Of a stretch of DNA of 52,077 nucleotides, positions 24,288 to 33,023 are shown piece by piece. The DNA is from a virus: IMG/VR virus record IMGVR_UViG_3300010348_001338, positions 1 to 52,077 of that record; one strand, given 5' to 3'. Made by a program: the position numbers and the translations under genes. The notes below the pieces were generated by a model. It had not been told where the DNA came from, did no database searches, and worked only from the letters and a program-made list of their open reading frames with translations. Each line of letters begins with the position of its first letter. Positions within the stretch are counted from its first letter, which is position 1.

Positions 24288-25819
24288 GCAAGTATAGTGA
24301 AGTCACTTATGGTTCTACTCTATATGGGCTACCAGCAAGCCCGAGCCCAAATCTTCTCTGGAGTCTCGAGATTGATTGGGATGGTGATCGCCAATTCACC
24401 GGGGAGAATGAAGCTGAGTATCTCATTGGACTCTCAGTTCGTCGGGGCCGTGAGAATCTGATTGATTCATCGAATGTACGTTTGAATCGAGTACAGGTTG
24501 GCTCAGCAAGTTTGACGTTAGATAACTCATCAGGAAGATACGATAGCTGGAATGCAGCTAGTCCACTCTACCCGAATGTCTTGCCTGGCAAGCTAGCGAA
24601 AATTTCAGTTCGGCTGGGAGAAGCTGGCACGAAGTACCCAGTCTTCGCTGGGCGCATCTCCGATATTCAGCCCTTCTCAGGACGTGATCCGAAAGTCAAG
24701 ATTACGATCGACGATGGAATTCGTGACTTGCTGGATTCGAGTGTAGATATCCCAGTTCAGTTCTCACTGACAGTCGATGAATGCATCCAGAAAGTTCTCG
24801 ATGCTCTCGATTGGCCCTGGGGAGTTTCTCTCGATCGATCCCCCGAAATCATACCTTTCTGGTCAGTTTCTTCGGACATATCTGCTTGGGATGCCATCGC
24901 GAATCTAGCAGAGATAGGTTTTGGGAAGGTCTTCGTTGCTGCAGATGGTTCTCTGACGTTTCTTTCGGGTACCCGGAGTTTCACTAGTAGAACTCCTGTG
25001 GAAATTGATGATACAATCGTCTTGAAAGAAGTCAACATCCCTCAGCCTTGGGAGACGATCCGGAACGATGTGACGATCTCAGCTATACCCACAGCCAAAC
25101 TAGCTGATTCGGAAGTTCTCTGGAGCTCATCCAATCAAGTGGTCGTAGTACCAGCTATGAGTTCTTTAGAAATTTGGGTTGATTATTCTGTTGATGGATC
25201 TCCTTGTCGTGCAGCAGATTTGATTCAGCTGAAACCCTACCTTGACTTCGTCGCTTATTCAGAGCAGGAGAGCACTGGGACAGATTTGACAGCTTACATT
25301 TCGTCAACCTTAGTTGATTATGGAAGTCGTGCTCAGTTGACTCTCAGTAATTCAGGCCCTACAGATGCTTTTCTGCTGAGACTGCAGCTGCGTGGCTCCC
25401 CGATTGTAGATGGCAGTACAGTTTCATATCGTGCCCAGAATTCATCGAGTATTGAGAAGTACGGGACTAAGAAGCTGATTCTCGACTACCAAGAACAGAG
25501 GAATCCCTTCTCAGCACAGGATCTGCTAGAAGCTGTAAAGAACTTCTTCGTTGCTGGACAGCTGTACCCGAAGATACAGATTGACTCACGATTCGACTAT
25601 CAGTTTTTGCTCGATATTGCTTATCCTGTCAAGTATACTTTCGGGAACATTCCTCGATCTACCCTTCGGTCCTCAGTTGGGTATCTAGAACATTCATGGA
25701 CTGCCGAGACAGGGCAGGCTGTTTTGACAACTCTTTCCCTCGAGCCCTATAAGAGTAGGGCTTTGAGCGTACGATCTTGGGAGTTCCCGATTTCTCTGGG
25801 GACGGCTACTTTTGTATAG
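24284..25819 (+). CDS. Minor tail protein (distal tail / baseplate hub candidate)
   Basis: 511 aa, start coupled to the tape measure stop (ATGA). Confidence 0.5.
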   Translation: MSKYSEVTYGSTLYGLPASPSPNLLWSLEIDWDGDRQFTGENEAEYLIGLSVRRGRENLIDSSNVRLNRVQVGSASLTLDNSSGRYDSWNAASPLYPNVLPGKLAKISVRLGEAGTKYPVFAGRISDIQPFSGRDPKVKITIDDGIRDLLDSSVDIPVQFSLTVDECIQKVLDALDWPWGVSLDRSPEIIPFWSVSSDISAWDAIANLAEIGFGKVFVAADGSLTFLSGTRSFTSRTPVEIDDTIVLKEVNIPQPWETIRNDVTISAIPTAKLADSEVLWSSSNQVVVVPAMSSLEIWVDYSVDGSPCRAADLIQLKPYLDFVAYSEQESTGTDLTAYISSTLVDYGSRAQLTLSNSGPTDAFLLRLQLRGSPIVDGSTVSYRAQNSSSIEKYGTKKLILDYQEQRNPFSAQDLLEAVKNFFVAGQLYPKIQIDSRFDYQFLLDIAYPVKYTFGNIPRSTLRSSVGYLEHSWTAETGQAVLTTLSLEPYKSRALSVRSWEFPISLGTATFV

Positions 25820-25828
25820 AGGATCTCG

Positions 25829-26467
25829 ATGTCATACACTACTCCCCCTTATCTTGCTGATGGTAGTTCCTGGAGTGCAGATCAGTTCAATCTGTACGTC
25901 AGGGATAACATAGCTGCTCTCGCAGAGCTTTCGAAATCAGTGTCAGCCAAGAGAATTCAGTCGACGCGACTTGCAGTAGATGCTGCTTCTGTTGCTTTTT
26001 CTAGCATCCCCCAAGTTTACTCATCCCTTCAGCTGCTTATCAATGCTCGAGGGTCTGCTGCTGTGGCTTCCGTTGAAGTCAGGGCTGTCTTCAATTCAGA
26101 TGCGGGAGCTAACTACGACTATTCACGAGCTTCCTGGACGAAGGCGGCCTCCGCTACACTCCACGCTGAAGGTCAGACTTCGGCACTACTAGGTTTGATC
26201 CCAGGAGCATCTGCTACTGCAGGTCTCAGTGGAAGCATTTCGACATATTTCCCAGCCTATCGAATCCCTGCAGATCTTCATCGACTCTGTCTTTCGGAAG
26301 GCTATCTTCAGACAGGCATAACTACTGGGCTCCTGATCCCGAGCTTATCAATGATTCACTGGCGGTCAACAACTCCGATCGACTCAATCACCCTGTCACT
26401 CTCTTCGGGCAACTTCGTTGCCGGTTCAATCTTCTATCTGTATGGCCTACAAGGAGAGACATTATGA
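25829..26467 (+). CDS. Tail-tip paralogue 1 of 3
   Basis: 212 aa. Shares W.A...N, FNSDAGANYD and a C-terminal I.S(I/L)(T/L)...G..F..GS.F.LYG pattern with the next two ORFs. Confidence 0.55.
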   Translation: MSYTTPPYLADGSSWSADQFNLYVRDNIAALAELSKSVSAKRIQSTRLAVDAASVAFSSIPQVYSSLQLLINARGSAAVASVEVRAVFNSDAGANYDYSRASWTKAASATLHAEGQTSALLGLIPGASATAGLSGSISTYFPAYRIPADLHRLCLSEGYLQTGITTGLLIPSLSMIHWRSTTPIDSITLSLSSGNFVAGSIFYLYGLQGETL

Positions 26468-27096
26468 AAGAGAAAGAGATCCTTCGAGTCCCTACTGTTC
26501 GAACAGGAGATCTGTGGACTGCTGCTAATCAGAATCTATTCGTTGCTGATAGTCTCAATCAGATCTATGCTCGATCGAAGAACTTGACTTATCGTCGACT
26601 ATTCCACAGAGTTATAGAGACTCCAACAGCCAGTGTCAATATTCTCAATGTATCGATGTCAAGCTACTCATTCTTGAGACTGTACACGGTTGGTCGTGTT
26701 GATGTAGCCGGAGGCACTGGCATTCGTGCACAGCTGAATGGAGATACGGGAAACAACTATGATTTCTTCTCGGTATCCTACAACAATACGACTGAAACTC
26801 TCTCTGAAGCCCTGGGTGCTAACTATCTACAGATCAGCGCATGCCCAGGGGGAGATGCATCTCCTGGGCTGGCAGGGTTTTCTGAGACGATGTTCTTCAA
26901 TGTAGATGGGACGGCCTTTCAGAAGACGTACTTTGGGCAGACCACATTGTACTCAGGCCTCAACCTCGGGCAAATATTCTCAATCATGTTCGGAGGTACT
27001 TGGAAGAACACAGCAGCGATTACAAGTATCCTCCTCTTCCCGGGTGCTAACAATTTCATGCCCGGTTTTCAGATCGATCTTTACGGGATATCCTAA
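26464..27096 (+). CDS. Tail-tip paralogue 2 of 3
   Basis: 210 aa with LNGDTGNNYD. Start overlaps the upstream stop (ATGA). Confidence 0.55.
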   Translation: MKEKEILRVPTVRTGDLWTAANQNLFVADSLNQIYARSKNLTYRRLFHRVIETPTASVNILNVSMSSYSFLRLYTVGRVDVAGGTGIRAQLNGDTGNNYDFFSVSYNNTTETLSEALGANYLQISACPGGDASPGLAGFSETMFFNVDGTAFQKTYFGQTTLYSGLNLGQIFSIMFGGTWKNTAAITSILLFPGANNFMPGFQIDLYGIS

Positions 27097-27725
27097 TGCC
27101 ATACACTCAAGTTCCCTACATCAAGCCTGGTTCCGTCTGGGATGCAGCTCGACATAATTCCCTCATCCGGGACAATATGGAGTATCTGAATTCAGTGCTG
27201 GGTCAGACAGCTCGATTCATCGAAACACGAACCCTCGAGTTTGAGCAGTCTTCTGTACTCATATCAGATATTCCTCAGACAGCTTCCCATCTCATCTTAG
27301 ACATGAGGGCTACCCTGAGGATCCCCGGGCAGACGGGTGGCATCCCAGTCCTTCAGTTCAACGGGGATACGGGAGCCAACTACAGTACTCAGTACATCAT
27401 CGTAAATCCATCCACTCCCATAGTCGGTGTCGAATCTGTGTCGAAAATTGGAGTCTATTTGCCTGCCTTCCCTAGCATCGAGTCTGCCCAATATCGCACA
27501 GGGGCCTTGTTTGCTAAGATTATCGGATATTCACAGACTTACTTCTTCAAGAACATTCGATCACTGATAGGGTTTGATGAGACATCCGAAGTTGGTGGCA
27601 TTCGAGAATCCTTTGGAGTCTGGCGCAGTATGGCACCTATCACAAGTTTAACATTCTCAATCGCTGGATTCCCTTCAGCTTCCTTTATCAAGGGAAGCTC
27701 CTTCACGTTGATCGGAATTGATTAG
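27096..27725 (+). CDS. Tail-tip paralogue 3 of 3
   Basis: 209 aa with FNGDTGANYS. Start overlaps the upstream stop (TAATG). Confidence 0.55.
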   Translation: MPYTQVPYIKPGSVWDAARHNSLIRDNMEYLNSVLGQTARFIETRTLEFEQSSVLISDIPQTASHLILDMRATLRIPGQTGGIPVLQFNGDTGANYSTQYIIVNPSTPIVGVESVSKIGVYLPAFPSIESAQYRTGALFAKIIGYSQTYFFKNIRSLIGFDETSEVGGIRESFGVWRSMAPITSLTFSIAGFPSASFIKGSSFTLIGID

Positions 27726-27733
27726 GAGGTCAA

Positions 27734-28507
27734 ATGACAGCATCATATCCAGGCAGTATCAAAACCTTCACGGTAAAGGTCGACGGTGTAGATACAATCT
27801 ATGCCGCGGATATCAACTCACTGCAGGAAGAGATTGTCGCTATTGAGACTGACTTGATATCAGAACTCAAGGCAGGATGGATCCCACTTCAGGTGACTTG
27901 CACTTACGCGCTTGCTACTGCATTTACTGTGCCTGGCAATTTGACGACGATGTTCACTACAGGCATGAAGCTTCGTCTTGTACAGTCGGGAGTAACGAAG
28001 TACTTCTACGTCGTGGGTTCATCATATTCATCTGTGACAGAGCTGACAACAGTCACGATCACCGGGGGAAGTGACTACTCTCTTACTAACACAGCTATCT
28101 CTAGCCCCAAGATCAGTCACGCAACTACACCACAGGGATTCCCGGGATGGTTCAACTGGGCGCCGACATTGACGGGATATAGTTCCGTACCCACAAATGC
28201 TGTATATCGTTTTTCTATTGATGGTAGAAAAGTTCACATTTCTGTTCGTGAAGTTACAAGTGGGATAAGCAATGCCACATCAATCACCATTTCTTTACCT
28301 GTTACAGCGGCCACAATCACAAATCAGATTTGGATGTATCCAGCGTCATATGAAAACAACGGCGTGGCCTCTACAACATGGGGAAGAGGAGTTATAAGTT
28401 CTGGAGATAACAAGATTGTATTTGGTATCAGTCCGGCGCAACAGGATGGGTTTACTGCGAGTGGGAATAAACGTATTAGCGCTTTTGATGGTTGGTACGA
28501 GTTCTAA
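27734..28507 (+). CDS. Tail fibre / receptor-binding candidate
   Basis: The N-terminus YPGSIKTF...DGVDTIYAADINSLQEEIVAIETDL is a common tail-fibre N-terminal pattern. TTAGGAGG RBS. Confidence 0.5.
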   Translation: MTASYPGSIKTFTVKVDGVDTIYAADINSLQEEIVAIETDLISELKAGWIPLQVTCTYALATAFTVPGNLTTMFTTGMKLRLVQSGVTKYFYVVGSSYSSVTELTTVTITGGSDYSLTNTAISSPKISHATTPQGFPGWFNWAPTLTGYSSVPTNAVYRFSIDGRKVHISVREVTSGISNATSITISLPVTAATITNQIWMYPASYENNGVASTTWGRGVISSGDNKIVFGISPAQQDGFTASGNKRISAFDGWYEF

Positions 28508-28602
28508 TAGGGAGTAAGTAATGATTAGTGGGCATAAACGACATCAGGTGGAAAACGAGCCCGACTACAGGGCTTTTATCAGATTCCCTAACAGGAGGGT
28601 CT

Positions 28603-29370
28603 ATGAATCTTGCAGCAGATCTATCGTACTATCAGTGGTTCTTCCCTTATGATGAAGCTTCAGAGTTTCTCAGTCGGCTTATCCCACGCATCTCATTTGC
28701 CGGAGCTGAGGATAAGCGGTTTCGATTTCACGCAGGAGCCTGGCAGAAGACACTCGAAGGGTTCACTTGGTATGACCCATACGTCGACGTCAAGAAGCAA
28801 ATCGAAACTGTCCGGACAGCAATCCATGGGACACGAATTTCGAGGATCTGGGTAGATGTCGAGCAACACGGTGTGTCGTACAAGAATCTCCCACCGTATG
28901 TTGCTCCTGCAAAACTCTCAACGGGGATCCTCAGTTACGTGACAGGGCTGGAAACGATGGGAATCCCTGTTGGGACATACACGCGATCTACCTGGGTCTG
29001 GGCCCACTGTCGTCCAATGCTTGACTGGATGTACAGCCGTCCAGTCTGGCTTGCATCGTACCCCTACGCCTCGGGACTCGTGAACGTGACATGGCAGTCC
29101 TTGATTGATGATTGGGCCCCGAAGAAATTCTCACCCTACTTCGTGCCTGATTGGCCAGAGGATCTTCGTCGAGCGGATATCTGGCAGTTCAGTGGAGATA
29201 AGTTTGTTCTGCCAGGCGTGCAAGGCTCTAATAGCAAACCGATAGCTCTCGATATTGACTGGGTGTTCGAAGAAGAAGGAGCCGGCCCAGCTCCAGAACC
29301 TGAACTCTCAGATAGTCAGAAGCTAGAGATTCTGTGGCAGGCCTATCTCAGAAACAGCAATCAATCGTGA
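28603..29370 (+). CDS. Endolysin, GH25-like muramidase
   Basis: ATG 28603 follows AGGAGGG. Contains DLSYYQ near the N-terminus, RIWVDVEQ (D-x-E) and DIWQFSGD near the C-terminus, as in GH25 lysozymes. Holin-like genes follow. Confidence 0.55.
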   Translation: MNLAADLSYYQWFFPYDEASEFLSRLIPRISFAGAEDKRFRFHAGAWQKTLEGFTWYDPYVDVKKQIETVRTAIHGTRISRIWVDVEQHGVSYKNLPPYVAPAKLSTGILSYVTGLETMGIPVGTYTRSTWVWAHCRPMLDWMYSRPVWLASYPYASGLVNVTWQSLIDDWAPKKFSPYFVPDWPEDLRRADIWQFSGDKFVLPGVQGSNSKPIALDIDWVFEEEGAGPAPEPELSDSQKLEILWQAYLRNSNQS

Positions 29371-29381
29371 GGGGGGGGGGG
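29371..29381. repeat. G11 homopolymer between the endolysin stop and the next start
   Basis: cgtga GGGGGGGGGGG agatATG. The run sits where the SD of ORF 29386 should be. Confidence 0.9.
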
Positions 29382-29385
29382 AGAT

Positions 29386-29688
29386 ATGGATACAACCCTC
29401 AAAACCATCTACGATGCTCTGCTCTACGTTGAGCTAGTTCTAGCTGTGATTACAGGGATTCTCTACATCTCTGCTGCACGATTTGCTCCAGGTCCCTATC
29501 GATTCCTCAAGTTGATGTTGGGATTCGATCTCGTGTATGCAGCTGTAATCTTGATACAGCTTAGCGTTGAGGGAGTTTCCGAGTTCGAGAACTTCCAAGT
29601 CAGAGTAGGGTATACACTGCTCTTACTGATCCTCTTCGCGAATGCTCTAGTCGGCCGGAGGCGATATGGATCCGGATCAGGTGAGTAG
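29386..29688 (+). CDS. Holin-like membrane protein (3 predicted TM helices)
   Basis: 100 aa with three hydrophobic stretches and a basic C-terminus, RRRYGSGSGE. Confidence 0.5.
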   Translation: MDTTLKTIYDALLYVELVLAVITGILYISAARFAPGPYRFLKLMLGFDLVYAAVILIQLSVEGVSEFENFQVRVGYTLLLLILFANALVGRRRYGSGSGE

Positions 29689-30121
29689 TCTAATCAACAC
29701 CATCGTTACGGGGGTTATGCTCGTCTCCGGAGTCGTAGGCACAATCTGGGCTGGTATCAAAGCACTGATGTCAGCTAAGACAGAAGAGGAACTTCGAAAG
29801 GAGCAACGAAGGAATGAGCTAGAGCAGCAAGAGGAGAAACTGCAGAGAAAGCTCGATGATCTTCGACGTGACTTCCAAGCAGAGATGGAACGTAAGAATA
29901 AAGAGCTCGTAGAAGCTCTTGCGGAAGCTCGACGGGAAGAGACAATCCTTCGTGAATCAGGGGTCAAGCTGATAGAAGCTATTGAAGCCGGCATTCGAGC
30001 TCGAGAGGAAGCTCCTTACCGACGAACTGCCTGTCTAGCTTGCCTCGTTCAAGATCAGGCTCTGATGGCAAAACTACGTGAAGTTGAAAGTTTCTTCAGG
30101 AAAGGAGATTCAAATGGATGA
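29666..30121 (+). CDS. N-terminally anchored coiled-coil protein (lysis-associated, spanin-like or regulator)
   Basis: 151 aa with one N-terminal TM helix followed by a highly charged helix, EELRKEQRRNELEQQEEKLQRKLDDLRRD. Confidence 0.4.
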   Translation: MDPDQVSSLINTIVTGVMLVSGVVGTIWAGIKALMSAKTEEELRKEQRRNELEQQEEKLQRKLDDLRRDFQAEMERKNKELVEALAEARREETILRESGVKLIEAIEAGIRAREEAPYRRTACLACLVQDQALMAKLREVESFFRKGDSNG

Positions 30122-30440
30122 ACAGATTCTCGTTATCGCTGTTGCACTTGCATCAGCTATTGGTGCCCCGCTAATCCAAGGGGTGAAAGCCTTCTACCAG
30201 CAGATCACGGGCAAGCCGCTCCATGACACAGCAGCCCTCTGGACTGCAGTCGTGGTCAGTGTGATTCTTGCAGCTGCGGCTATGGGTATCGCAGGGGTCT
30301 TCTCCCCACCCTATCCCACAACTTGGCAAGAATGGGCTTCCCTGATTGGTGGTAGTATTTCTTCAATCTTCGCAGTAGCTACCGTCGTATTCAAAACTTT
30401 GATCAAGCCTGCAGTCGAACGGCAGCTCAAGCAACCCTAG
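30114..30440 (+). CDS. Holin-like membrane protein (2-3 TM helices)
   Basis: AAAGGAGA RBS before ATG 30114, in frame with track ORF 30078. Confidence 0.45.
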   Translation: MDEQILVIAVALASAIGAPLIQGVKAFYQQITGKPLHDTAALWTAVVVSVILAAAAMGIAGVFSPPYPTTWQEWASLIGGSISSIFAVATVVFKTLIKPAVERQLKQP

Positions 30441-30449
30441 TGTAGGTTC

Positions 30450-30480
30450 GCGGGACCGGTCGGTGGTGCGGTCATCCCGC
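30450..30480. terminator. Stem-loop between convergent genes
   Basis: GCGGGACCG...CGGTCATCCCGC forms an imperfect stem between the end of the + operon and the end of the minus-strand rnhA. Confidence 0.35.
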
Positions 30481-30494
30481 TAACTGAAGGCTCG

Positions 30495-30917
30495 TCAGTG
30501 CCCTTCTCCTCTAGGGATCCTCTCACTGGCGAGCCTTACTCTCTTGGCTTCTTGATCGACGATATCATGAAGCTGATTTTTAGAGTGCCCTCGCACCCAG
30601 AAAAGGCTCGGGTGAACACGATGTACTAGAACCCTGCCTGATTCGACAAGATCAAGGTTTGTCGAAGCTCGAAACTGTCGGGTCAAGACTCCAATTGCAT
30701 ACTGTGAGTCACTGATGATCACAGGCTTCTTCAGCCCAATTTCAAGACAGTACTCTAGAGCTGAAATTATAGCCTTCAGCTCCATTCGATTGTTGGTTGT
30801 CTCCTGATCATTCCCAGAGAAGAGCAGACCCTCACTTTCATCATCATTTACGACCAAGAAAGCCCAGCCCCCAGAACCCACCTTGCCAGTCGATGAACCA
30901 TCTGTGTAGATTTTCAT
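30495..30917 (-). CDS. rnhA: Ribonuclease HI
   Basis: MKIYTDGSS...GGWAFLV...TNNRMELKAI...IISDSQY...HSKNQLHDIVDQEA carries the D-E-D-D catalytic pattern of RNase H1. Confidence 0.85.
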   Translation of the reverse strand: MKIYTDGSSTGKVGSGGWAFLVVNDDESEGLLFSGNDQETTNNRMELKAIISALEYCLEIGLKKPVIISDSQYAIGVLTRQFRASTNLDLVESGRVLVHRVHPSLFWVRGHSKNQLHDIVDQEAKRVRLASERIPRGEGH

Positions 30918-30938
30918 ATCCCTCCAAATACTTATCTA

Positions 30939-30967
30939 ATTATACCGAATTACGTCCGAAAAATCAA
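30939..30967 (-). promoter_or_regulatory. Sigma70-type promoter for rnhA (minus strand)
   Basis: The reverse complement reads TTGATT (30967-30962), 17 nt spacer, TATAAT (30944-30939), then TAGATAAGTATTTGGAGGGATATG. Confidence 0.75.
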
Positions 30968-31008
30968 CCTTTCTATCAAATTGGGGTGCTTTTCATACGA
31001 TTGGGGTA

Positions 31009-31037
31009 TTGATTTTCTCTCTGAAATATCATATAAT
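31009..31037 (+). promoter_or_regulatory. Sigma70-type promoter, class A (divergent from the rnhA promoter)
   Basis: TTGATT (31009-31014), 17 nt spacer, TATAAT (31032-31037), then ATAGGTAAGAAACCATAAGA. Confidence 0.8.
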
Positions 31038-31076
31038 ATAGGTAAGAAACCATAAGATTGAAAAAGGAGAGATTCG

Positions 31077-31292
31077 ATGACAACCACACTTTCGACCCCG
31101 ATTTACGATATACTCCCAGACGTAGATTCCTACATCAACGACCTTGCAATCGATTTCGACAGCCTCGGCCAGCTCCAGCAGGCGAAGGTTCTGACAGACG
31201 TACTGCTCGACTTCGGTACGTTCAGTCCCGATTGCGATGCTGAAGCAGTTGCTTACGCAGCCGCCTTACGGCACGTTGGGCTTACTCACTAG
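31077..31292 (+). CDS. Small highly acidic early protein
   Basis: 71 aa. By my count there are 10 Asp and 1 Glu against 1 Lys and 1 Arg. AAAGGAGAG RBS. Confidence 0.6.
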   Translation: MTTTLSTPIYDILPDVDSYINDLAIDFDSLGQLQQAKVLTDVLLDFGTFSPDCDAEAVAYAAALRHVGLTH

Positions 31293-31310
31293 ATTCTGGG
31301 AGACGCAGAC

Positions 31311-32039
31311 ATGACTGAAGAAGAGAAGATTATTCAGAAGATTCAACAGCTTCTTGCTTTGACTGAAAGCTCAAACGAGCACGAGTCTGCTTTAGCAGCT
31401 GCCAAAGCTGTTGAACTCATGCAGAAGTACAACATCAGTGAAGAACAGACACGTACCCAAGGTCCACGAGACATCATCGAAGAAACTACGACCTTGGGCT
31501 ATAAGACGCCCCAGCCGTGGGCACTTCAGCTTGCAGGAGCTATCGCACAAGCTTACTTCTGCAGAATCCTCATGCACGGTGGTGAGTTTATCTTCATCGG
31601 TCGACCCGAGAATGTAAAAGCAGCTACTTTCAGCTACATGAATCTCAGTTGGAAGCTCATCAATCTCGCTCAGATTCGCACCCGGGAGTATACCGAGAAT
31701 TTCAAAGCTCAGAGAGGCTACAGCCCACGGGGAGCCGACCGATATCATCAACCCAACTTCTGGCGCAATAGTTGGATCCTCGGAGCTGCCGAGAGTGTCA
31801 AGCAGAAGATCGAGGAACAGCGTATCAAGTTCGAGTCTACTCAAGCTGGGCAGTCGATCGTAGTCGTACGATCAGCCGAAGTTGATAGCTTCGTAGTGGA
31901 GAAGTACCCTCATCTGGGCAAGTACCAATCACACACTCGGGATATTCGAGAAGATGCCTACTTGAGAGGCCAGTCGGACGGATCTCAAATCAGTCTCGAC
32001 GATGCACTTCCAGGTCAAACCCAGAATCAACTGAAATAG
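31311..32039 (+). CDS. DUF2786-like protein
   Basis: The N-terminus KIIQKIQQLLALTESSNEHESALAAAKAVELMQKYNI matches the DUF2786 helix-pair pattern. Confidence 0.6.
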   Translation: MTEEEKIIQKIQQLLALTESSNEHESALAAAKAVELMQKYNISEEQTRTQGPRDIIEETTTLGYKTPQPWALQLAGAIAQAYFCRILMHGGEFIFIGRPENVKAATFSYMNLSWKLINLAQIRTREYTENFKAQRGYSPRGADRYHQPNFWRNSWILGAAESVKQKIEEQRIKFESTQAGQSIVVVRSAEVDSFVVEKYPHLGKYQSHTRDIREDAYLRGQSDGSQISLDDALPGQTQNQLK

Positions 32040-32072
32040 CAAATTACTTCATCAAGACTTGAAAGGAGGGAT

Positions 32073-32414
32073 ATGTCGAATCTAATGCCTACAGATATCT
32101 ACAAGTGTGAAGCGTGTGAGGCACTCGTGTCCCAAGATAACCCAGACATCGAGTCCTTGTACGAATGCCCGAACTGTGGGGAGCTGTTCACACGATCCAA
32201 CAGCTACACCGGAGACGGTCATCAATGCCCCTCATGTCACAAGTTCTCCAGCAAGGTAACTGATCTGGGATGCCCAGAATGTCAAGCAGGACAGCTCGAG
32301 ATGATCAACGGTTACGCATGCTCAGACTGCGATGAGCTTTTCGAAGAGGAGCAAAACTTGATCGATCACATCAAGGAAGAGCACGAAGAGGGATCAGATG
32401 ACACGAACGAGTGA
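32073..32414 (+). CDS. Multi-zinc-ribbon acidic protein
   Basis: Five CxxC pairs (CEAC, CPNC, CPSC, CPEC, CSDC) and an acidic tail. Confidence 0.6.
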   Translation: MSNLMPTDIYKCEACEALVSQDNPDIESLYECPNCGELFTRSNSYTGDGHQCPSCHKFSSKVTDLGCPECQAGQLEMINGYACSDCDELFEEEQNLIDHIKEEHEEGSDDTNE

Positions 32415-32661
32415 GCCTGACTTTGAGTTCGGGACACTGAATCCCTATCTCGTTCGGGACAACGAGATTCGGGATGGTGATCACTACGGCTACAAAGTCG
32501 TGGCAGTCGTACACATGGATGGACGTGCCTGGACTGCTTATCGAGGGCCTACTGCGTGGACAGATCTCGAAGTTGCTAGGCAGGGAGATGTGATCCCTCA
32601 CGATGCAGCGAAGGCCCTCTTCCCAACTCTCGATGCTTCAATTGGAACACCCGCCCGCTAG
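32398..32661 (+). CDS. Hypothetical protein
   Basis: 87-aa ORF that overlaps the upstream gene by 17 nt. Confidence 0.45.
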   Translation: MTRTSEPDFEFGTLNPYLVRDNEIRDGDHYGYKVVAVVHMDGRAWTAYRGPTAWTDLEVARQGDVIPHDAAKALFPTLDASIGTPAR

Positions 32662-32762
32662 AGGACGCCGCCGATGACGCGCCGCTGCCGGTGGAGCTGG
32701 TGGAAGCCCGCGCGGATTACGCGCAGGCCGATGACCTGTACATCACCGGGATGGGGGGGTAG
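32661..32762 (+). pseudogene. Orphan C-terminal coding fragment at the left edge of the GC-rich block
   Basis: The frame reads EDAADDAPLPVELVEARADYAQADDLYITGMGG*. That frame opens at 32580 and I found no SD-preceded start in it. Confidence 0.4.
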
Positions 32763-32764
32763 AC

Positions 32765-32956
32765 ATGAACGGCATACTGAAAGCATTCGGCTTATCGCTC
32801 GCCGCCATCCTGTTCGCGGTTGTGTTTGTCACCGGCGCGTTAGGCAAGGCAATCGCAGTCGTGACGCTCTGGTGTGCCGATCAGCCCGCGTGGATGTGGG
32901 TCGCTGTGCTGGCGGTTATCACGGTGGGATTGTATTTCAAGGATCGCAGCAAGTAG
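32765..32956 (+). CDS. Small two-TM membrane protein
   Basis: 63 aa with the hydrophobic stretches LSLAAILFAVVFVTGALG and WMWVAVLAVITVGLYF. Confidence 0.5.
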   Translation: MNGILKAFGLSLAAILFAVVFVTGALGKAIAVVTLWCADQPAWMWVAVLAVITVGLYFKDRSK

Positions 32957-33023
32957 CACATTTACAACTTGGGCGGGCGGCGTGGTGGGGACACGCGCGT
33001 TTTGAGGTGAAAGACCCTCGCAA

